A stretch of DNA of 64,000 nucleotides, taken from IMG/VR virus record IMGVR_UViG_3300010158_000034; one strand, 5' to 3'. Under the pieces are notes generated by a model. That model searched no databases. It was not told the origin of the DNA and saw nothing but the letters and a program-made list of their open reading frames with translations. The translations under genes and the position numbers were made by a program. Shown piece by piece: positions 54,901-64,000 of this stretch (position 1 is its first letter; every line of letters starts with the position of its first letter). The stretch is from an uncultured virus (IMG/VR IMGVR_UViG_3300010158_000034). Its lineage: Duplodnaviria > Heunggongvirae > Uroviricota > Caudoviricetes.

Positions 54901-57900
54901 AATGGTACCGTTTTCAAGTCCCACCAAGTCCCAGGCAGAACCGTTGTAACGATACACAGCAAATTCACCGTTACCTCTGTTGGCTACTTGAGCAGTGTCA
55001 TTTGCCGAGGCTGTCAATGTGGCTAGATCAGCGTAGGTGTTGGCCAAATATTTTACAGTGTCGCTGGAGTTGTAGGTACTGTCGTACCAGTCAGCAAAAC
55101 TCCAGTAAAACGGAGTGTAGTAACTTTGAGTACGCACCGTGCTCCACGCTGTACCTGTCCATGTATGCACAGTCCAAAGTCCGTTTTGTGTTTCGTTATT
55201 GATCACCAGCACAGTATAATTTGATAATGTTGTTGCTGTGTTGATGTAATCTAGTTCTGCCCGAGTAGCAATAGCAAGATCATACTCAGTATCTGCAGGT
55301 TGAGCTTCTGCACTGTATAAATTGTTGATGTTGCGTTGCTCTACAATGGGATATTGTATCATTACGTTATTGACATATTCAACAAAGTTTTTCAACGCTG
55401 TCATTCTGTCAACAAATACAGTTTGAGTAAAGTCTAACCCAATTCTTGTTTGTGGTGTTAATGTTGCGTCTGGGATTGTGTTGCCATACTGGTCCACTCC
55501 AGCCAAACTGTCAATTATTTTTTCAACAATCCTGGTGGGAATCAAACTGTTGCTGTTGCCTTCTTGAACCAATTGCCACTCGTTATGCATGATATTGTTG
55601 TTAATTAATGCATCTGTGTCAGCATGGAATACCACTGTGTTGCCAGCACCAGTTAAATAATCGCCTATGTTGTAAAGACTTACAGCATCATTGCGTAGTA
55701 CGGCAGCATAGGGAACCGATTGAGCAGTGGGGTTGGCAATAATTTCTTGTAAAATTTTAACACTGTTTCTTCTTGTTGAATTTGTTGGCACTGTGGTTTT
55801 ATCTTTAACCCAGAAGTAATATCTGGTGCGTACAACTTTGGTTGCTTGGTCTACATAGTTTTCTTCTACATAAGATTGAAATTCTGTATAAAGCGGTTGG
55901 CCACTGCCGGTGTATTGGTCGGGCGGAACAGAACTTGCCACCCACTCACACACTTGAACAGTGCTGCCCGGGAACATTTCGCCCCAGTGGTTAGCACGAT
56001 AAGTTAAGTTGCCCTGCTCATAATCTACATAACGAACCAGGCTGGTATCCCACCAAGTTTTCCCAACTTGTGCAGATCCCCAATGGAAGTCTGGACTGGC
56101 TCCGCCCAAGGGACCGGCTTCGGGGCCACCACCGGCATTGTAAATGGCCGGATCATACGAAGTAATGTAATCTAAATCTTGTTCAGCAATACCTAGTACC
56201 TTGCCTTTGGCCGGATCAATATGATCAAAGTTTGTCAACAAGGTATCAGTAACGTTATTGTATAGATACATTCTAGTAATGCTGCTGATGTCAACTTGTG
56301 GTTGCTCACTGCCGATAATATCCCAGCCCACGTTGCCGCTGATGTTTTTGTATGTGTAGTATGTACCGGCATTGGGAATACTGGTCAATGCTTGACTCAC
56401 AGAGTCAGTCGTTAAGTGGTTACTATCGCCGGGAGCCCCGACTAATAATATGTTGGCATTCAATGCCAGACTACTGCCCAATTGATCATTAGAGCTTACT
56501 GCGTTGTTTTGTAATTGTTGCACCAACACGTATTGATCCAGTGTGGTTGATGTCAATGAACCTTCAACTAAACCATAAATGTATACCACTCCCGAACCCT
56601 GTAGCATATCGCTGAATGACGTAGCATCTGCATCAAAGCGAGTCAGCAATTGATCAAAAGTCATTGCGTTGTTGGTTTGGCCTCTGTTGGCACTGACTAT
56701 TAAATTGTTGCTGTCCGCACTGGATGTAAGTTGACTACCAAAAGCGTTGACATCAGCTGAGCCTGGATGTTTGATAGATTGCACATTGGTATAAACATCT
56801 AGCCCAATGTTGGCCAATGCTGTTCCTGTACCTGGTGTAATTAATAATTTCTTGTATGGTACTGCTACGTTGCTGGTCAATGTCAATAATCCATAATCTT
56901 GTGCTGTTGCTGTGATGCCCGGTATGTTGGCTGAATTGATGTTGGCCACAATGGATTGTAAATTGCCCACTAAACTGCCACCAACATTGGCACCAAACGT
57001 CACTAACTGTCCATTGATATACAAGTTATGACCCACTGTGACCACTGGATCGTATACTGTGCCTGCCACAGTGCCGTAATTGGCACCGTAGTTGGCAAAT
57101 CTATAAACAACACCACTGTGGTAACCCACTTCGCTGTAACCGGGACTTGATGCATACACATCTGCGTCATTGCCGGATATGTGTGCCACTGTTCCAAATT
57201 GATTTCCGCTGCCAGGAACAGTTTCTGTTAATTTTTTTACTAATTGTATTTTATTAGTATCGATGGTGATAGTGGTTCCCACTGTGGGTGTTGCTGTAAA
57301 TGTCACAGCACTGCTGTTGCTGGTGTATCCAGTGGTTACAACATTGCCATTGACTGTGACCAATAAAGTATTAGCGGAAATAGCATACTGTGGGTAATAT
57401 GCTGTGTTGCCTGAGGCAATAAATGATTCTTGACTGCGGTTAAACGTATAAACTGCACCAGCAGATGATACTCCTGCGATGCTTTCACCTGGAGCTCCAA
57501 TGGCAGTATAGTCACCTTCGCTTGTGGTGCTGACTACATAACCAAATCGTGATGATACAGCATTGCCTGTGCTGACATAGCTGTTGCCCACAATGGTGTT
57601 GGCAAGGCTGTAGTAACTGGTTGTATTGGCATGATATACATAAACATTGCCTGCACCAGGAGCCCCAACATATAACCAAGTACCATCATCGCTGGCACTT
57701 ACACTGTAACCAAATTGATCTCCAGTATTACCAGTGAATGGGCTTGATAATGTTTGTGATAAAGTAAAGAAGTCATTAATATATGCGCCATAAGTGGCAG
57801 GGTTTGCTAGAATATAAGGGTGTAAAGTACCGGTAATCCAAGAAATCTGACCTGGGTTTGTGTTGACTCCGCCTATCCATTGATTGTATGCCAATGCATC

Positions 57901-60900
57901 CAATGGAGATACTGTGCCGGAATTATTAACATCTGCCAGTGGTCTTCCGCCAACTGTTGTTGTTTTAAATAAAGTCTTTCCAGGTTCAACGTCAACCGAC
58001 GCTTGCAGGATAGCGGTAGCAACAGCAGTAGTGTTTACAGTGGGAGTACCAGTGTCAGTAGCATTAAATTTATGGATATGTGTTCTACCATACTCTGTGC
58101 TGCCGTTGCCAGGATTTCCTACATATAATAAATTACCCGAACTGTGTAGACTGGCGCCAAACAAACTTGCACTATTACTTGGCGGTGCACCAAGATTGGC
58201 CACCATGGTAAAGTTGTAACCATTGGTGACATTGGATACAAATGCAATTACATTGCCCATACCTAAATTAGGTAAACTGGCCGCTGCAAATGTTCCTGCC
58301 TGATTTATAGTCGACACTGTGCCGAATCCAGAATTACTGATGTAACTGTTGGCATCCAACTGCATACTCAAGGGACTGGTCACCACGCTGGCATTGGCAG
58401 TGGTCCACGGGCTGGACTTGTTGTATACCAACCAACCTGGTGTATTTTGATCTGCATCAACCCATAACTTATCGCCATCCAGCCATTGATTTAAAGGAGT
58501 AATGGCGTTTAAATCTGTAGGTGATTTTATTCTCACTGTTTGTAATCGATAAACTACCCCCAGTCCGGTGATGGTTCCTGCAGACTTCAGCACAGGATAA
58601 CTGTTGACATCAATTATTAGATTGAAATTATAATTATCAACCACAGAAGACACTTGATAAAAACCATCAACTCTTCCGTCAAATCCTTTGATCACAACAT
58701 AGTCGCCACGACCAAAGCCATGTGCCCGATTTGTAGTTGCAGTGATGGTGTAATCAACATTGTAAAAAACTGAATTTATTAGAACATTGGTTTCGTTTAC
58801 ACGATACACTGCCCAGCTGGAGCTGACGTTGTCCTGTGCGGCCCAAATTTTGTAGCCCGGGGCTACATTGGCCATTTGCGAATTAAGTTGTCCATATGCT
58901 TGTATGTTGAATATCTGTGTGTCCACATCTGCCACGCTGACATAACCGGCAGTTAATATATCGTTTTCATAAAAACTTGCGTCATCTCTATCTTTAAAGA
59001 TTGTTGGAGAATACCCAATGCTGGACCGGTATATATTGTCGGGATACACTGACACAATGTTGTCTGTGGCTGTGGTGCCGTTGTTTAAAAAATTAAACAC
59101 AGCAGGTTCGCCTTTGAACACGCCTTCGCTGAGTATTAATTCAACATATCTATTGTTGTTTGTTGCACCGTACTCGCCCACACGCATGGCCCAATCTTCA
59201 TACAAATTGATTGTGCTGCTTACGCCATTGAAACCTGCCGCTGTAAATGCTGATATAGAATTTAATGTGCCTTTTTGTCTAATGAACCCTTGATAAAATT
59301 TAGCCTGTGTGGGTATATCAATACCAAAGTTTGTCAAGTATTGTCTAGGTGTGAATCCTATTTCGTTACCAACAAAGTTAGCGAAGTCGCCTTGCAATTC
59401 TGGGTCATTGAAATTGTTATATCTCAGTGACTTGCCGGCATTGTAACTAAAGTTTGGTAGTAGTCCTGTTTGTATTTGATTCTTGTTGAGACGTTTCCAT
59501 TGTGAAGGAGAAAATGTGTTGGTGGCTGTTAAATTTTGTGTGTTGGTATAATAAACATCTTTGTATGTAACCAAACTGCCCAACAAGTAATCAACTCCCG
59601 GTTGCCATACATCTACTGTGCTACTGTTGTAAACAAATCCTGGAGGATTTAATGCACCAGTCCACGATCCAGTTTTTTGCCCTATCAATTTTAATCTGTA
59701 CTGTCTGTTACCCAAACTAGGTACATAGATCACATCGTTGAACACCGTGACGTTGTCAAAAATTACTACATGTTCATATTCCACTATGTCCAACACAGCC
59801 AAAGCAATGGTACGGCCAGATACAGCAGTCAATGTAAACACATTATCTGTTCTTGTCACTGTGAGTTCGTTGTACTTGATAAAATTAAATTCAGGGTCTA
59901 AGATTCTAGACTGCAATGGTGCATTTTCTATCTTATCAACCACTCCTGACGTGCTGTTCACAGTCAAGTGATTCAGCACAGGACTTAATATCATAACAGT
60001 GCCCACTGCCCAGCCCTGCTGGCTCCAGGCTAAAAATTCTTGAACACTGAGTTTAAAATCTCTTTGTGTTTCTAAGTTGGGATCTTTATCAGCAAGAACA
60101 AATCCACTGCCAATTAAGTATCTTTCATAACTGATTAAGAAATCCACCACTTGTTGTTTATTGGTAAACTCAAATCCATAAGGCACTGTGATCTTGTATT
60201 TTTGATAATCTTGATACACTATGCCGGTGTCGTTCAACACTGTTACGGGATAAGCATTGTTATTGGCCAAACTGGGAATAATAGTAAAGTAAGGATTACT
60301 GGTGTCGTAACCACTCACCGTATAACCGTTTTCGCTTTTTTCTACTATAACTGCACTGTAGGCAACTGTTTTAACTGGAGTTGATTTATACAATTCCAGT
60401 GTGTAGTTTTCTGCTGGTATTACCACACTGTTGGTGGTACTGGTGGGACTTGCTTGTTCCGCCAATACTTGTAAAAATGATTTATCACTGTATCCGGCCA
60501 TTTTATAAGCCAATTGCACAGTGACCGAGTCCAAGTATCCAGAAATTTTGTCGACCGGTTCTATTCCCTGTCCACGTAAATATTCAGCTATCCAGTTTAT
60601 GTAACCGGCCACTCGACGAATGCTGGTGCCAGAGCTTTGGCCATTAATACGAATTGCCCCCGGAGTTATGCGTTGCAAACTGTCACTCAATACATATTGA
60701 TCCAGCATGGTATCTTTGTAATATCTAGTGACATCCATCAAGGTACCAAAGAAATATCCTGGTCTTGCCAGTGCAATGGCTTCTTGCACAGCATAAGGAT
60801 AATCGCTACTGCGACGCCAAGCTGTTTCTACTGGACCTTGTTGTCCCACTGCATAACTGCCATTGGCTTGGTTACTGTTGAAAGACTTTACTAAAAATTG

Positions 60901-63900
60901 TGCAGGATTGCGTAAATTGCCGTTTTCGTCTACAGGGATAATACTCAACAATCCCGGACGTGCAAATCTTGCATCAGTATAACTGTCACCGTTGTTCCAA
61001 ACATAGCCAACTTCTAAGTCGCCCCATAATACTAAATTTCCACCGGTGTAGGGTGCAACACCATAACGTGTTTCCCACCAAAGGGGTTGTTCGCTAAAGC
61101 CCAACATTTCCCACGGTGCTGTGTTAGGGGCTACAGTGTCGTAAAAATATTGATAAATGGCACGCCAAGTTCCCGGCAAGGCTTCTCCGTTGACTGTGTC
61201 AAAGAATCTGCTGAAGTTCCAAGTGAATGGATCGTCTCCAACAAAATACGTATTACTGGTAAAGTCAACTCTATTGGCACCAACCCATTGCAAAAAGCTT
61301 CTGCTTAATAATCTTGTAAACTCTGCATTGGTGTAATCTGTTGTACGAAATTTTCCCGGAACTGTGTCATAGATGTTGTTACTGACCACAGTGGCATCAA
61401 TTTTGATATTGTTGTAAATACGCAATTCAAATTCCAACAGCAATTGATCTCTGAAATCGTTAAATGCTGGTGTTATACTGCCGTCATGTCCTTGTATTAC
61501 ATTGATAGGATCGACATAAGTTTCATCTAAATAAATTTTAGGAGTAAATTTAGGATACAATCCTAATTTAGTCGGAGTTTCAGGAATATAATTTCCGTCA
61601 GTGTCACTGTACTCGTTGATTGTAATTACATCGTCCACAGCCAATGAGATTTTAAACGTAATACCGGCACGTGTGGTATCAAACACATAGTCTTGACCTT
61701 TGGTCAATTGCACATTGTTGACATATACCAGTACCGATTGATTGCTCAACTCAGTATCAACAAAAATGTTTGTTATTTCGTAATCTATCTGTTCAGCATC
61801 AATCACTGTGTAAGTAATAGTATTTTTTAACGGACCATATGGAACCATGTCACTATAATACCACGGGAACGAGCTGTTCTTAACACTGTTAATAGTCAAC
61901 AATATAGAGTCCAACATGCCTGGAATGTCGTTGGTGTCAATGGTTTTTAATTTAACAGCCGATTCAAGTATTTTGTTTTTAATTCTGCCGTAATTGTGTC
62001 TGGCCAGTTCTAAGCCTTTTAAGAAATTAATTTCGGGATCAACTAAAAATAATTCACTGTACAACACTGGGCTGGCGTTTTGTAAAATATTTCCGCCTTG
62101 AGCTTTGATGGGTCTATCTCTGAGATTATTAGCACCAAATGCTGAACCTGTGACTTGATTGCTGTTGGACACCAATGTTACCAAGTGGTTACGCAACTGT
62201 CCCAAAGTTAAACTAGAAAAATTAGTGTTTTCAGTGTTGAAGTTTAGGTTATCCGGAACTTGATAATAACCCAAGGCACTGACTGTTTTGCTGTAAATCA
62301 AAATATCTATTTTATCGTCAATGGCCAAGGTGGAGTCTGTTATTTTTACATACAGTTTAACACCGGCTGATACTGTTTGAAATTGTGCAGTGGTCAATTC
62401 GACAAAGTTTTTAAAAACTTTAAAATAAGGTATTGTGGTTCTAGCTTCAGGTCGTATGTCAATTTCAAAATAACGATTTACACCATCATACACTCCACTT
62501 ATCAGCTGATACTGACGGCTGGGTTCAGTAACTTTGGCCCACGAATTTCTTGCGGCACTGGCAACAAGTCCAGAATTTTTTCTTAGTGTGCCCGCAGAAT
62601 GAATATTTTCTGTTTGTGTGGCAGAGGCGGCTGTGTATGAAAATACATCTGTATCAAAATTGTTATTGAACTGTATATCACCAACTTGATTAAATGTTCT
62701 ATAACTCAAAGGGAAACCTAAGATTTGGTCATCAACACCAGTGCCTGGTTGGTATGAAAAGATTTTTGTTCCTCCAACAACAGTTCCAAGATTATTAGTA
62801 GCAGTAGCAAAAGTAGATGCGGGATATATTGTAACGTCGCCCAGGCTGATGCCATTGCCGTCGTATACATCAAACATGGGAGTTTGATTGACCCCAGTCT
62901 TTTGTTGCCCTGCAATCCAGTTGCTACCGTTGAACCAATATTCTGTGCCTTTGTTGGCTCCTTGTAACACAATTAAATTATTGTAAGTGCTGGTCTCACT
63001 GTCTTCTGCCAGACTTAAAGTAATAACAGGAGTTTGACTGATCTCCGAAATGTTGATAACAAATATTTGATTTCTCACTGTGGGATCAAAATCATTGGCA
63101 AACACCACACGTTGCCCGTTTTGTAATGAGACCCCGTTTAATTGAAACGACCCACTAAGCTCAACTGTGTTACGTGCATCTGTTGTAGTCAAGTCAAATA
63201 TGTCTACTGGAGTTTTTGCCACACGTCCAAAATTATAAAGTTGCAAATCAGCTTCAAATTCAATAATGGGACGGTTGGCTCTGACGTTTTGGTCAAATAC
63301 TGGTACTTCGTTGTTGTAAGAGGCTGCGGCTTTGATAACATCAATGTGGAACCAACGATTACTACGTGTCCACGGATTTAAATCTTGACTGGCACGATTG
63401 ATTGTAATGTAGTCCGGAGTGCCAATGCCGTTGGCAGCATATGGCTCCGGTGTTTGAAAATTTGTTGCTAATAATAATTGTATAGCAGTTCCTACACCCT
63501 CAACATAATATGCGTTGTTGGCATAAGTGGCAGGCACAGCACTGGCATCAAATTGAATTTTTAATCCGTTGGTGAATACAACACCGTTGGGGCTGGTATA
63601 ATCTGCTTTACCCACAATGTCATCATCAACTTTTAATGTGTTGTCATCAATTGCAACAAGATTAAATTGTCCCGCATATCCGGCACTGACACCATCTTGA
63701 TAATAAATGGTAGACAACGGTGCTGTGATGTTTGGAATTTGTTTGTACGTAAGAAACTGTTGGTCTAAATAAAAACTATATTCTGCATAGTTTTGTCCAC
63801 TGGCTACATAAATTTTTTGATTTTTTGTCACAGTGGTGATTGATATCAAACTAATAACCGGGTCTTGGGCCAATGGATCAACAGCTTGAATTTGCCAAAC

Positions 63901-64000
63901 ATTCCTACGTGTGGCTTTGGGTACAGTGTTTCCGTCGACTGTCCAATAGGCATCATCAATATCACTGTTGGTAAAGATAAAAGTTTTACCCAATAACTGC
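51910..64000 (-). CDS. giant (>4027 aa) baseplate wedge-like structural protein, 5'-partial
   Basis: Frame is open past the window edge. It contains FG-GAP-like propeller repeats, G.GY...PTI.I.G repeats, YINEVKPYRT and APEELIPG motifs, and lies upstream of the fibre genes. Confidence 0.75.
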   Translation of the reverse strand, partial: QLLGKTFIFTNSDIDDAYWTVDGNTVPKATRRNVWQIQAVDPLAQDPVISLISITTVTKNQKIYVASGQNYAEYSFYLDQQFLTYKQIPNITAPLSTIYYQDGVSAGYAGQFNLVAIDDNTLKVDDDIVGKADYTSPNGVVFTNGLKIQFDASAVPATYANNAYYVEGVGTAIQLLLATNFQTPEPYAANGIGTPDYITINRASQDLNPWTRSNRWFHIDVIKAAASYNNEVPVFDQNVRANRPIIEFEADLQLYNFGRVAKTPVDIFDLTTTDARNTVELSGSFQLNGVSLQNGQRVVFANDFDPTVRNQIFVINISEISQTPVITLSLAEDSETSTYNNLIVLQGANKGTEYWFNGSNWIAGQQKTGVNQTPMFDVYDGNGISLGDVTIYPASTFATATNNLGTVVGGTKIFSYQPGTGVDDQILGFPLSYRTFNQVGDIQFNNNFDTDVFSYTAASATQTENIHSAGTLRKNSGLVASAARNSWAKVTEPSRQYQLISGVYDGVNRYFEIDIRPEARTTIPYFKVFKNFVELTTAQFQTVSAGVKLYVKITDSTLAIDDKIDILIYSKTVSALGYYQVPDNLNFNTENTNFSSLTLGQLRNHLVTLVSNSNQVTGSAFGANNLRDRPIKAQGGNILQNASPVLYSELFLVDPEINFLKGLELARHNYGRIKNKILESAVKLKTIDTNDIPGMLDSILLTINSVKNSSFPWYYSDMVPYGPLKNTITYTVIDAEQIDYEITNIFVDTELSNQSVLVYVNNVQLTKGQDYVFDTTRAGITFKISLAVDDVITINEYSDTDGNYIPETPTKLGLYPKFTPKIYLDETYVDPINVIQGHDGSITPAFNDFRDQLLLEFELRIYNNIKIDATVVSNNIYDTVPGKFRTTDYTNAEFTRLLSRSFLQWVGANRVDFTSNTYFVGDDPFTWNFSRFFDTVNGEALPGTWRAIYQYFYDTVAPNTAPWEMLGFSEQPLWWETRYGVAPYTGGNLVLWGDLEVGYVWNNGDSYTDARFARPGLLSIIPVDENGNLRNPAQFLVKSFNSNQANGSYAVGQQGPVETAWRRSSDYPYAVQEAIALARPGYFFGTLMDVTRYYKDTMLDQYVLSDSLQRITPGAIRINGQSSGTSIRRVAGYINWIAEYLRGQGIEPVDKISGYLDSVTVQLAYKMAGYSDKSFLQVLAEQASPTSTTNSVVIPAENYTLELYKSTPVKTVAYSAVIVEKSENGYTVSGYDTSNPYFTIIPSLANNNAYPVTVLNDTGIVYQDYQKYKITVPYGFEFTNKQQVVDFLISYERYLIGSGFVLADKDPNLETQRDFKLSVQEFLAWSQQGWAVGTVMILSPVLNHLTVNSTSGVVDKIENAPLQSRILDPEFNFIKYNELTVTRTDNVFTLTAVSGRTIALAVLDIVEYEHVVIFDNVTVFNDVIYVPSLGNRQYRLKLIGQKTGSWTGALNPPGFVYNSSTVDVWQPGVDYLLGSLVTYKDVYYTNTQNLTATNTFSPSQWKRLNKNQIQTGLLPNFSYNAGKSLRYNNFNDPELQGDFANFVGNEIGFTPRQYLTNFGIDIPTQAKFYQGFIRQKGTLNSISAFTAAGFNGVSSTINLYEDWAMRVGEYGATNNNRYVELILSEGVFKGEPAVFNFLNNGTTATDNIVSVYPDNIYRSSIGYSPTIFKDRDDASFYENDILTAGYVSVADVDTQIFNIQAYGQLNSQMANVAPGYKIWAAQDNVSSSWAVYRVNETNVLINSVFYNVDYTITATTNRAHGFGRGDYVVIKGFDGRVDGFYQVSSVVDNYNFNLIIDVNSYPVLKSAGTITGLGVVYRLQTVRIKSPTDLNAITPLNQWLDGDKLWVDADQNTPGWLVYNKSSPWTTANASVVTSPLSMQLDANSYISNSGFGTVSTINQAGTFAAASLPNLGMGNVIAFVSNVTNGYNFTMVANLGAPPSNSASLFGASLHSSGNLLYVGNPGNGSTEYGRTHIHKFNATDTGTPTVNTTAVATAILQASVDVEPGKTLFKTTTVGGRPLADVNNSGTVSPLDALAYNQWIGGVNTNPGQISWITGTLHPYILANPATYGAYINDFFTLSQTLSSPFTGNTGDQFGYSVSASDDGTWLYVGAPGAGNVYVYHANTTSYYSLANTIVGNSYVSTGNAVSSRFGYVVSTTSEGDYTAIGAPGESIAGVSSAGAVYTFNRSQESFIASGNTAYYPQYAISANTLLVTVNGNVVTTGYTSNSSAVTFTATPTVGTTITIDTNKIQLVKKLTETVPGSGNQFGTVAHISGNDADVYASSPGYSEVGYHSGVVYRFANYGANYGTVAGTVYDPVVTVGHNLYINGQLVTFGANVGGSLVGNLQSIVANINSANIPGITATAQDYGLLTLTSNVAVPYKKLLITPGTGTALANIGLDVYTNVQSIKHPGSADVNAFGSQLTSSADSNNLIVSANRGQTNNAMTFDQLLTRFDADATSFSDMLQGSGVVYIYGLVEGSLTSTTLDQYVLVQQLQNNAVSSNDQLGSSLALNANILLVGAPGDSNHLTTDSVSQALTSIPNAGTYYTYKNISGNVGWDIIGSEQPQVDISSITRMYLYNNVTDTLLTNFDHIDPAKGKVLGIAEQDLDYITSYDPAIYNAGGGPEAGPLGGASPDFHWGSAQVGKTWWDTSLVRYVDYEQGNLTYRANHWGEMFPGSTVQVCEWVASSVPPDQYTGSGQPLYTEFQSYVEENYVDQATKVVRTRYYFWVKDKTTVPTNSTRRNSVKILQEIIANPTAQSVPYAAVLRNDAVSLYNIGDYLTGAGNTVVFHADTDALINNNIMHNEWQLVQEGNSNSLIPTRIVEKIIDSLAGVDQYGNTIPDATLTPQTRIGLDFTQTVFVDRMTALKNFVEYVNNVMIQYPIVEQRNINNLYSAEAQPADTEYDLAIATRAELDYINTATTLSNYTVLVINNETQNGLWTVHTWTGTAWSTVRTQSYYTPFYWSFADWYDSTYNSSDTVKYLANTYADLATLTASANDTAQVANRGNGEFAVYRYNGSAWDLVGLENGTIQYNSTLYTTDVAANEIRILFETIRDSIFVDTLIGNFNGLFFYLINYVLTEQKSVDWVFKTSFVTVLHQLKKLEQFPAYIQDNQTYYENYINEVKPYRTSIREYLINYQGTDDFTGDITDFDIPATYIANINAYRSPDGSLPSDAYSLATLPQYSQWNNNHSYSINTVTVSNSGANYYTTPTITVTGGGGTGANIQAVLDVASNTIARFDVVDSGSGYTSTPTIQINGSGVNAAGYPKLVSEQFITSVPVQTITTVGNAVIYVGNIVTQPNTGASGVAYSASTGNIITLKDVVGTFVSNQWLFSDSSNLSIRPGVATVSMKLTGNLVAYTGNIINQPGSGAQAEVYYNTTGNVVSLWNYSGTFVGNAYLYRNGSNLNIKPAYYTVSTVTPVGSYTAFEDQSYNKVRTFTTHVKFDRTTYTSNISAWQPNVTVSANSRVSYQGSAYQANSTVYSSATLKLSSNISATVGDYVTQGNNVSANARIVSIASNSLITVANLTGNFLRRTGNIAINGITSVASPVAVTNIFDYGKYSLLSTANLSNASDRITAAYQPGSGMPGLDLAQLMSGIEYPGVQVQGVKFGATTSNIASNILYFYSNTSTLYSSNVAVLDFTTYGLQPTLPISIVNLDTGLRSNVTILNVTTGSMFLVGAMANIALGANISIVYYDYNDPAYLDTNIQSFYRDSALGTRAEDINVDGGGYYDTYSSHAPEELIPGVTFDSLNMMVYTQTGNANVGYRVVHNMSANAASVSTQYWPQYYAIFSANTTALSANLNITDSNVYVTSTAGLATPLPQYTQPGVIYVNGEKITYYTIDRVNNVLGQLRRGVDGTGAPVVHPAGTAVVESSVNQLIPTSTTRGANVHLGSWLNLKVSANVSILDDNLSNDIVDNISNNITSYPQDLLEYLTLNTNATVTVGNTIAQLATGASGVVAANSTGITVTIWAANATGAFSSNILANTYVYRNGANLTAKTVGISYDTVDGTGLAGSNTTQAVFIRGY

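Noticed and set aside
44310..63381. Many 60-135 aa + strand ORFs opposite the structural genes, and similar shadow ORFs elsewhere
   Set aside because: They are antisense shadows of long genes, with no RBS or recognisable motifs.
1..64000. Stop-codon reassignment as seen in some large phages
   Set aside because: Standard-code ORFs tile the window densely, and TAA, TAG and TGA all terminate full-length recognisable genes.

Overview
This window is a gene-dense 64-kb segment of a large tailed dsDNA phage, probably a jumbo myovirus, read in the standard genetic code. The + strand arm (1-20871) carries nucleotide and DNA metabolism genes (MazG-like, QueE-like radical SAM, T4 RNase H-like 5'-3' exonuclease, DHFR-like, ThyX), a SleB-type cell wall hydrolase, and a self-contained four-gene operon (ParB/DGQHR-like, GIY-YIG-like, HNH-like, ABC-ATPase-GNAT fusion). 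It also has short genes behind repeated sigma70-type promoters, a MoxR AAA+/VWA-metallopeptidase pair, and two nucleotide-sugar enzymes. The - strand arm runs from a partial >4000-aa baseplate-type protein and tail fibre/adhesin genes (44024-64000) into a ~22-kb tailoring cluster (21912-43970). That cluster holds five radical SAM paralogues with N-terminal Cys-rich domains, five SGNH-like proteins, about seven glycosyltransferase-like proteins, an O-carbamoyltransferase, an APS-kinase/nucleotidyltransferase fusion and an unannotated 33-aa peptide. The strongest candidates for novel systems are this cluster (putative glycan building and decoration pathway) and the 7745-10904 operon (putative DNA modification or nucleic-acid conflict module). 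All family calls come from motif recognition by eye; no searches were run.
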